Positions 1-6,556 of a stretch of 6,556 bases of DNA are shown piece by piece (position 1 is the stretch's first letter; every line of letters begins with the position of its first letter). Both the position numbers and the translations under genes were made by a program. The notes under the pieces are model-generated. The model was not told where the DNA came from. It did not search any database and saw only the letters and a program-made list of their open reading frames with translations. This DNA comes from Amoeboradix gromovi X-113 (lineage: Eukaryota > Fungi > Sanchytriomycota), in the NCBI GenBank assembly GCA_018985225.1, contig JADGIF010000570.1:1-6556 (forward strand). The letters run 5' to 3'.

Positions 1-852
1 TCTTAGTGTTCTAGCAAGGTTTATCACCTTTGGGCAATCTGTAGAGATAGAGTAGGCACCTGCTTTGTTGCACTTTGCAAGCGTAGGTGAACTTATCTGT
101 GCTAGTATGGGATTGTTGGATAGATCGCAGTCGAACCACGAATTGGCATCGCTACCGATAACTACGCTAGTCACATAAGTAGTATGCATCTGTATCAATT
201 TAGGCGCTGCTAAACTCAATGAACCGTTGAATTTGTTCATGGAATAGCCGTAGTTTAAATAGACTTCTGATATACCAGTCGGAAAGCTAGGTAGCGGACC
301 ATTCAGCAAATTTGCATAAACTTGGAAAAACTGTAAGCCAGTTGGCAAAATTTTTGGCAACCATCCGGTTAAGTAGTTATTCCTAATCCGGTAGTCATAT
401 ATGTTAGGAGGCAGCGTCTGATGCATCATTCCTGTTAAAGAGTTGAATATACAGCTGAATGTGATAGTGCTGGCAGGAAGTGTAGGATACATGCTGCCGC
501 TTAAAGAATTGAAGGCGAGGCCAATATACTGTAGCGAATCGGGTAACATTGGGATTCCTCCGGTAATTGAATTTGAGGATAAGTCCAAGGTTGTTAACGC
601 ATTAGGAACAGCAGTCCCATCAATGGTTCCGTCTAGGCCCCAAGATGGCCAGCTTATCTGTTTCACACGGCCACCTGCACATGTGACACCAGTTGCAGTG
701 CAACAATTGGAATTTATTAGCGACATAACAGCAGGCTGTTTGGTATTTACGTGTAGTCCCAGAGCAAGGTTGATGACATTTGGGCAGTCAACTGATAAAG
801 CCAAGGTTGTTTCTATAGTCGCTATAATAATGATCGTCTTTAGCGCTAACAT
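1..852 (-). CDS. Secreted multi-module leucine-rich-repeat (LRR) protein, 5' part; runs off the left edge
   Basis: Manual translation gives 284 stop-free codons from ATG 852 to base 1. It begins MLALKTIIIIATIETTLALS (signal-peptide-like), then DCPNVINLALGL and a Cys cap CCTATGVTC (705-679). Five 21-22 aa LRRs follow at 597-274: LTTLDLSSNSITGGIPMLPDS / LQYIGLAFNSLSGSMYPTLPAS / TITFSCIFNSLTGMMHQTLPPN / IYDYRIRNNYLTGWLPKILPTG / LQFFQVYANLLNGPLPSFPTG. The C-cap is CDLSNNPIL...C, and a second module DCPKVINLA starts at 39. The ORF track missed it because no stop lies in the window. Confidence 0.93.
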   Translation of the reverse strand, partial: MLALKTIIIIATIETTLALSVDCPNVINLALGLHVNTKQPAVMSLINSNCCTATGVTCAGGRVKQISWPSWGLDGTIDGTAVPNALTTLDLSSNSITGGIPMLPDSLQYIGLAFNSLSGSMYPTLPASTITFSCIFNSLTGMMHQTLPPNIYDYRIRNNYLTGWLPKILPTGLQFFQVYANLLNGPLPSFPTGISEVYLNYGYSMNKFNGSLSLAAPKLIQMHTTYVTSVVIGSDANSWFDCDLSNNPILAQISSPTLAKCNKAGAYSISTDCPKVINLARTLR

Positions 853-877
853 CGCGTTGCATTTGTACTGGTCTCTG

Positions 878-906
878 TTTATATATGCAGTATGACATCT
901 GATTGG
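878..906 (-). promoter_or_regulatory. Putative core promoter of the LRR gene (CCAAT box plus TATA box)
   Basis: Minus strand shows TGCCAATCAG (CCAAT at 906-902) and TATATAAA (885-878), 25 nt upstream of ATG 852. Support is motif match only. Confidence 0.45.
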
Positions 907-962
907 CAGAATGACATTGTGTTCTAGAATTCGCGTTGCAGCCCTATGGCATGTAGAGCCAT
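885..962 (-). repeat. Left arm of ~80-bp imperfect inverted repeat (partner 2415-2494)
   Basis: ATGCAGTATGACATCTGATTGGCAGAATGACATTGTGTTCTAGAATTCGCGTTGCAGCCCTATGGCATGTAGAG--CCAT aligns to the reverse complement of 2415-2494 with 8 substitutions and one 2-nt gap. Confidence 0.93.
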
Positions 963-1168
963 GTTTCTAAGACAGTTTACTAAATAGCTAGGGTACGCTC
1001 AAGTAATTCTTTGCTTGGGTCATTGTATCTACTGTATGGCTACCCTAATTTTGTTTCTTTTTGAATGAGTAGTTCTCCGTCAAGAGGGTCTAGTTTGCGT
1101 TGGCTGCATTTATGTGCTGCTGAGGTTACTGATAACAACACATTTTGGGTGAAACGTCTGAGCATTTT

Positions 1169-2185
1169 ATGAAACTGACTCTCGTGTTTAAAGATGAAAT
1201 ATTCAGCATAGATGCTTCAGAGGAGCTGGAAATAGATACATTAAAAATGATAGTTCAAGCGCAATTGGGTGTAGAACAATTCACAATGAACTATAATAAT
1301 GATTTACTGACCAGTGGGACTATAGCGAGCAATAAGATAAAGAATGAAGAAATCATAAAGATCTGTGAGAGCAATAGCGGAACAACTCAGGCGAAAACTG
1401 TGACAAGAAATGCTCAGTTGCTGCAACAATTTCAACAGCTTTTGCATCAAAATCAGAGTGCTCAGCAAAAGTCCAAAGATCCAATTCAAGAGAACTTTGA
1501 GTATGCTATTGAGCACTATCCCGAAGCATTCAGTCATATCACCATGCTTTTCATTCAATGTCAGGTCAACAAAGTTCCCATAAAATGTTTTGTCGACAGT
1601 GGCGCTCAAGCTACCATCATCTCGCTTGATTTAGCAAAGAGATGCGAGTTGGACCACCTAATCGACAAAAGATTCGGTGGAGAAGCTAGGGGTGTAGGAA
1701 CTGGCAAGATTCTTGGTCGAATCCATGCTGCTGATATGAGAATTGGCGATCTGTTCCTAACAGTTACATTTACTGTTATGGAGAAACTGGATCTGGACAT
1801 GCTTTTTGGGTTAGATATGCTGCGCAGACACCAGGTCGTATTGGACTTGAATAGAAATATGCTTAGAATACAAGAACAGGAGTTTCGGTTCCTCAGCGAG
1901 CATGAGATCCCAAAGGGAATGTTTAACCCAGATTTGCCCACTCCCAAAGCACTAAGCACCTCGGCTGCTCCTTCGCATGCACCGTTGGCTAAGCAAATAA
2001 ATCAAGCAGAGTTGGGTGACATTGGCAGATCTATCGGACAGACCCCCAAGTCAAATGCACAGTTTAGAGAGGATGACATTAAGACAATGATTGATTTAGG
2101 TGCGACGAATAGGCACCATGCGCTGCAGTTGTTGAGCAGGGCGAATGGGGACTTGCAAATTGCTGCGTCACTGCTCTTCCATTAA
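1169..2185 (+). CDS. DDI1: DNA damage-inducible protein 1 (UBL - retroviral-type aspartyl protease - UBA ubiquitin shuttle/protease)
   Basis: 338 aa from ATG 1169. N-terminal UBL (MKLTLVF...EIDTLKMIV...EEIIKI). Ddi1 protease signature ENFEYAIEHYPEAF..TMLFI...KCFVDSGAQATIIS (catalytic Asp codon 1595), IDKRFGGEARGVGTGKILGRIH and LFGLDMLRRHQ. C-terminal UBA (FREDDIKTMIDLGA...ALQLLSRANGDLQIAASLLF). Intronless; ends in TAA. Confidence 0.97.
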   Translation: MKLTLVFKDEIFSIDASEELEIDTLKMIVQAQLGVEQFTMNYNNDLLTSGTIASNKIKNEEIIKICESNSGTTQAKTVTRNAQLLQQFQQLLHQNQSAQQKSKDPIQENFEYAIEHYPEAFSHITMLFIQCQVNKVPIKCFVDSGAQATIISLDLAKRCELDHLIDKRFGGEARGVGTGKILGRIHAADMRIGDLFLTVTFTVMEKLDLDMLFGLDMLRRHQVVLDLNRNMLRIQEQEFRFLSEHEIPKGMFNPDLPTPKALSTSAAPSHAPLAKQINQAELGDIGRSIGQTPKSNAQFREDDIKTMIDLGATNRHHALQLLSRANGDLQIAASLLFH

Positions 2186-2196
2186 AATCAACCATC

Positions 2197-2202
2197 AATA
2201 AA
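2197..2202 (+). terminator. Candidate polyadenylation signal of DDI1
   Basis: AATAAA starts 12 nt after the DDI1 stop. The hexamer is common in AT-rich DNA, so this is weak. Confidence 0.3.
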
Positions 2203-2414
2203 TTATGCACTTTTCCAGCAATAAGTAAATGCAAACACAACAATACATGGTTTTCCTTTACCACAGTCTTCTTGAGATGATTCACACTTTCAGTCCGGTA
2301 TTAACTTTGTTGCAAAAATCTCTGGTTCACGGAACCGTGTAACCTAATTCTAAGATTGATACGATGTCCCAATCCAGCAATTTTAATTTGGAGTTCCACT
2401 ACTCAGGGAGTTCA

Positions 2415-2494
2415 ATGGCGCTCTTCATGCCACAGTGTTGCAACATGAATTCTAGAACACAATTTCATTCTGCCAATTAGATGTCATACTGCAT
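2415..2494 (+). repeat. Right arm of ~80-bp imperfect inverted repeat (partner 885-962)
   Basis: ATGGCGCTCTTCATGCCACAGTGTTGCAACATGAATTCTAGAACACAATTTCATTCTGCCAATTAGATGTCATACTGCAT; 70 of 80 columns are identical to the reverse complement of 885-962. Confidence 0.93.
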
Positions 2495-3178
2495 CCAAAG
2501 CTTTGTGCTCGTTTTTGTTACTATTTTTGGTCTGCCTTTGATGCTTCGTATAAATTCTGTGTAGTACAGTACTGCTATTGCCACCGTCACACTAATTACG
2601 CATCTTCCAATGATAAACTAACCCCAGAGTATGTTAACACTCATTCTCAAGTTGTAGATGTAACCGCCGGCCGGACAATATTGCTATAAGTAACTTCAGA
2701 TCTCAACGTAGAATGCTATACGGTAACTGCTGAATTCTATTGCATTGACCTTGTTCTCAACGATCTGGATCTGAGAATGGACTCGAGTGACTCATCAATC
2801 ATCGAGACTGATGGCAATGATTGCGCTTGAACCTCGCAAAGATATACTTGAAAATCTTAGCAAGTGGTACTGTGGTCGCAATTGAAGAAATCCAATATCT
2901 ATCAGGTGACCAACAAGGCATTTTTCAACAAACGATCGATCGTAAGCAATTTTAATCAGCGAATGGTAAATGGAATGGTGGTAGTCTAATTTTAATGGGA
3001 AGTGTTCCCTTTTTGGTAGAAGAAATGTTATCTGGAAGAAATTCCCACTATATGAGCGGGTATTGTCTCGTGTAAGATTATACCGTCGGATTCTCAAGAG
3101 ATAATGTCTACCTTTAGGCAATTCAAGGATTCTGATTATCCTTAAATGATGTTATCTATTTATTCAATATTTGAAAGA
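2481..3178 (+). pseudogene. Decayed COG1672 / ATPase_2 ('archaeal ATPase', MJ-type STAND) P-loop ATPase fragment
   Basis: Stitched frames give GTVVAIEEIQYLSG (Walker-B-like, 2866-2907), GIFQQTIDRKQF* (TAA 2953), GGSLILMGS (sensor-1-like, LILMGS 2986-3003), VPFLVEEMLSGRNS, a -1 shift at ~3045, PLYERVLSRVRL, a -1 shift at ~3082, then PSDSQEIMSTFRQF...P*MMLSIYSIFE. Motif order and spacing match the family pattern hhhhDEhQ..Q..hD..hhh.GS..sPLYgR...L.P...Y.h.GG. The core 2860-3175 is well supported. The 5' extent (2481-2860) is tentative and no intact Walker A was found. Confidence 0.7.
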
Positions 3179-3343
3179 TTATGGCGCTCTTCGTTAAAAG
3201 TCCTGATTTCCGGGAAAATCGAGAATTTCCACAGAGAAACTAATGCTAGATGCTCCGTTACAGTGATTGCTCATACTTTCACTACCCTGGGGCGGGATTA
3301 AATAAGGATGCAGATACTTGATATATATGTTCCTTGTTGCCAT

Positions 3344-4580
3344 ATGATCTCTATCTATCTTCATCATTTGACTAGTATTGAACGATGATGAGAATATAAG
3401 ATCATATGTCTTTGTACCTGTTAGTTATTTATTTAGAATTGATTTACCATTTGCGAAAAGGAAGAATATCAAGTGTTTAAGCTATTAGAAAAATCTGGAA
3501 AAGTCTTGAAATGATACAAAAATATACACAAATTCGCGATAAATGATTTATTCAAGAAAATAGTCAAGCTGTACCAAAAATTTAGCAAAAAAGAATTGGG
3601 TGCCTCAACGCCGATTGAAGAGATATATAATCACGTTTTCGCGTCGGATTTCATCTAGAGCATTGGACTAAATGCATAATCGAAGGTCAATATCTGCTTT
3701 TACACAGTCATTCAATTTTACTCATGACGATTTTGCTGATTTTGGCCCTCTAACCATTGCACGAGCTGTGATTGGGATGGTGTTTAGTTGTGAAATTGAC
3801 GGCCTTGGTTTTCTAAGGGAAGTATCGTTCTTATTTGTTCTGTTAAATGCAATATTAATGAAGTCAGTCAATCAAATTTATCAGGACATTGAAATACCCT
3901 CAGAGGGCATCCTGTGAAATTGAAAAATATTACGACTGACAAAATTGAGAATTTAAGACATGGTTCCATCATTTCAGTGTTGCATCTCTAAAAAATGTAA
4001 AAGACCAGAGCGGATTCTATCATTTAGGGTTGTCGGATCTGTTGCAAGCTTTTTAACAAAAATTGGTTAGTAAGTTGTTATTCTTCTCTTTTGCCGAGGT
4101 TCGATGCGAGTTAAAACAACAAGGTCTACTCTATTTGCCAAATCAATTTCCATCAAAATTATTTCGTTCTCTCAACTGGAACGACTCAGATTTTAAAGAA
4201 ACTAGCAGGGTATTTGATAGAATTACTGAACTTAGGAAAGAAATGCTATTTGATTGGTTTTATTCAAAATTGATAAAGAAATATACAGAATTGGCCGTAA
4301 ATTCAATTGCTGGTAACTCTATCAGTATTTCAGATAAGAAATGGAACAAGTTGGTATCGCTCAAATATTGGGATTACGAAGTAATGCAGGATACTTTGAG
4401 CACATTAAAACCAATTTAACTGAAAATAATAAAGTGGCAATTGGGAGTGTCAGTGCAAACTTGTTGACTAATAATTTGCTCAAACCAGAAGAAGAGACAA
4501 TCGAAATGACTGTAAAAATAATTGATGTAACATGCCAATGGAATACTGATTACTTGGAAGATGTGTTCTCAATGCCATAA
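3344..4580 (+). pseudogene. Pseudogene of an unknown, probably secreted ~400-aa protein
   Basis: Protein-like segments tile the region across about 5 frameshifts (~3347, ~3457, ~3670, ~3905, ~4408), with in-frame stops TGA3369, TGA3512, TAG3656, TGA3937, TGA3946 and TAA4054. The reconstructed start MI/SLSIFII*LVLNDDEN is signal-peptide-like. It absorbs track ORFs 3672-3917, 4063-4419 and 4341-4580. No domain was recognised. Confidence 0.6.
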
Positions 4581-4742
4581 AATCTTGTTATGAAATAAGA
4601 TTATTTATTATCAAGGCAAACCTTGTCTGAGCTTTTTTTTATTGAAAATATTGCCAAAATATAGACAAAAACACCCATACCACACAGTAATTTGATGACA
4701 ATTTTGTATCAAACTTGCTTTGAAAACCAAAAGTAGCTGGGA

Positions 4743-6334
4743 TTAAAGATCCAACTCGTCATCTGTATTCATCTCATTATGGCCCTGGTCAAGTCCCAGT
4801 CCATCTTCAGAAATCTGCGCTTCAATTTCTAGATATTTGTTCGGTTCTTATTTTGTTGAATTTGCTGGCTCAAAGTAGAGCGAGTTTCTGATTGCCGCTT
4901 CAGTGCATTTTGGTTAATTTTCTTCTCTATTTCATCATCTTATTCTGATTTTATTTTTTCTTGTACGATTGCGTTTTGAGCAGAGTATGGAAAGAACAAA
5001 GTCTCCTGAGTTGGCACGACATTTGTTATTGTTTTAGGCCCATCATGCTTTGAACAGTTACTGCCGCTGTCTGAGCCAATGACACTTTTGTTTTTTTGCA
5101 TTTTGACATCGCTGACATAACCTGAAAAACTGTCGCTATTTTCTAGTTCCAATACATTGTCATCCATATCAAGCATTATTTATCCTTGTTATAATCTGAA
5201 TTCATTTCGTTATCTTGCAATTCCTAATTCTCTTGCAGTAATTTTTCCATTAATTCTAACCCAGCCTTTTCTTCATTTCCCAGTCCCTCTTCAAAATCCT
5301 CAAGTGTTGTTGTGTGTGCTTCACTTTCTTTCTCAGATTTTTCTTGCCTTTCAGGAAGCCTTCAGCCTTGTTCATTTGCAGTATTTATTCTCTTCTTTCT
5401 CTGACGCATGATCCGTTTAATTTCTGAATTACTTAATACTTTCTTATCAGGTGCTATTTCTATTTCTGCATCCGACTCGAGATCAATGTGTTCCACTTGC
5501 TGATTTGTGATGGTATCTAATTTATGAACATGAGTTTCCGGCTCATTGTCAACCAATTTGGATCGTTCATGATCTATCCAATCTTCCATATTCGTTTTCA
5601 CAGTCCCGCTCTCCGTAACGTAGTGCTGCAAATGTTGTCTTTGTTTGGTGATCTCTTTTAGTTTATTTTCCAGCTGTTCTTCATCCTTAGAATCGCTCGA
5701 TAGTCCCAACTGATAAAACTTCAGGAGTGGTTGAGCTACAGGCAAACATTCAAGATCTGATTCTAAACTAGAGAGTTCATTAGGACCCAAGTTTACAAAA
5801 TTACTATACGTTTGGAGCAAACGCTTCTTAATTTTGATGGAATAACCCGTCAATTGCGATTACACTGCCTTTATTGCACAAACAATTCTTTCTGCAGATA
5901 CTTCCTATGGGATAAAAATATGATATTCCTTCTTTTCATCAATGAATATAGATCCAGAATTGGGTGGCCATATTTCATATCGCTCGTAATGTGGTTGAAC
6001 AAGCCACAAGTATACTATCCGCCCATCTCTTCTGGTGGAGCCAGTGATCTAACAAAAAGCAAACAAAGAATGATTTATTTTGCTAGATTTACTATTGCCA
6101 TAAACCTGCGCAATGACAGTATTTACTCCGGACTATCATCAACGGCGCAGGTTCACGGTATTCTTCTTTCATGAGGCAATTATTCTTCGTGAATTCCTTT
6201 TTACGACGATAATCAATACAATGGAGATAAAACTGTCCTTGTGAAGTACTAGGTTTCTGTCATCTCATGCCACCGCAGGTAGCTGGCGCACTTGCAGATA
6301 CCCAAGTCAAGAGTAGAATGAATGACGTGAGCAT
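4743..6334 (-). pseudogene. Pseudogene of an unknown secreted ~530-aa protein with an acidic, E/K/N-rich C-terminal half
   Basis: ATG 6334 begins MLTSFILLLTWVSASAP, a good signal peptide. One frame stays protein-like from ~6130 to 5179 through stops TAG6051, TAG5907, TAA5862, TGA5364 and TAG5226. Other stops are TGA6262, TAA4942 and TAA4850, with frameshifts near 6130, 5177 and 4910. It ends NEMNTDDELDL-TAA 4743 and absorbs track ORFs 5362-5853 and 4940-5176. Confidence 0.75.
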
Positions 6335-6352
6335 TTGGACTTGCTTAGATCC

Positions 6353-6556
6353 ATGATTCTTATGTACCTTAATTTCAATTTCATAGGCTGAGACGAACAT
6401 CGAAAATCTGCAAGCTTCTAGTGATGTTGAATTCACAAGAATGCTGAGATACTATGTCCATCCGTTTTCAAGACCAACGATGCACATTCACCTTACAAAG
6501 GAGATGCTTGGAAGAATCATTCGCCAGATAAAGTATACAAAGGACCACGAATGGGT
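6353..6556 (+). pseudogene. Possible 5' end of another decayed secreted-protein gene, or a CDS from ATG 6441; runs off the right edge
   Basis: The frame 6387-6556 is open (AETNIENLQASSDVEFTRMLRYYVHPFSRPTMHIHLTKEMLGRIIRQIKYTKDHEW). It is preceded by MILMY/LISIS*A, which needs one frameshift and one stop (TAG6384). The stretch is short and could be chance. Confidence 0.3.

Noticed and set aside
443-895. 150-aa plus-strand ORF
   Set aside because: Antisense shadow of the LRR gene.
1145-1168. TTG start of the 346-aa track ORF
   Set aside because: The context is eukaryotic and the UBL begins at ATG 1169.
1490-1900. Retrotransposon or retroviral protease
   Set aside because: The UBL-RVP-UBA architecture and Ddi1-specific motifs identify cellular DDI1. 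There is no gag, RT, integrase or LTR.
1304-2285. Minus-strand ORFs 1304-1609, 1606-1959 and 2079-2285
   Set aside because: Antisense shadows of DDI1 with no recognisable motifs.
2795-3121. 108-aa minus-strand ORF
   Set aside because: Antisense to the ATPase relic, non-ATG start, no motifs.
3205-3330. Dyad GATTTCCGGGAAAATC, GC box GGGGCGGG (3289-3296) and an ATATATAT run upstream of the 3344 pseudogene
   Set aside because: Short motifs expected by chance; they cannot be supported as functional.
3900-3980. KYYD*QN*EFKTWFHHF as the DUF234 YxIxDxFhxFWF motif continuing the ATPase
   Set aside because: It is too far downstream (~250 codons), the match is weak, and no PD-(D/E)XK motif follows. 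The region has its own leader at 3344.
5157-6174. Plus-strand ORFs 5157-5411 and 5812-6174
   Set aside because: Antisense to the minus-strand pseudogene; the F/L/S richness of 5157-5411 mirrors its E/K codons.
3344-6334. Stop-codon reassignment (TAA/TAG = Gln, as in Amoeboaphelidium protococcarum) explaining the interrupted ORFs
   Set aside because: Gln-rich DDI1 and the LRR gene contain no internal TAR, and DDI1 ends in TAA right after the UBA. The relics also contain TGA stops and frameshifts.
6364-6386. 23-nt GT..AG micro-intron (a 21-nt one also lies at ~6106-6126 on the minus strand)
   Set aside because: Splicing the 23-nt one from ATG 6353 hits a stop within about 20 codons. Such introns cannot remove most of the lesions.
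1-6556. CRISPR array, tRNA, rRNA or transposase
   Set aside because: No regularly spaced direct repeats, cloverleaf or rRNA-like segments, or DDE/RT motifs were found by eye.

Overview
Compact, AT-rich eukaryotic DNA with no introns needed to read the intact genes; it looks like an early-diverging fungus. The LRR family resembles, from memory and unverified, proteins of sanchytrids such as Amoeboradix/Sanchytrium. The left third holds two intact divergent genes. One is a secreted, multi-module LRR protein (852 to <1, minus strand, missed by the ORF track, 250-aa module period). The other is DDI1 (1169-2185; UBL, retropepsin DSGAQ, UBA), whose central helical domain is strongly reduced. DDI1 is bracketed by an ~80-bp imperfect inverted repeat (885-962 / 2415-2494, 70/80 identical) that carries a CCAAT box. 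Most of the window right of DDI1 is a pseudogene field: a frameshifted relic of a prokaryotic-type COG1672/MJ-STAND 'archaeal ATPase' (~2500-3178), two convergent decayed genes with signal-peptide-like starts (3344-4580 +, 6334-4743 -), and possibly a fourth starting at 6353. The standard genetic code applies. No CRISPR array, tRNA or rRNA was seen.
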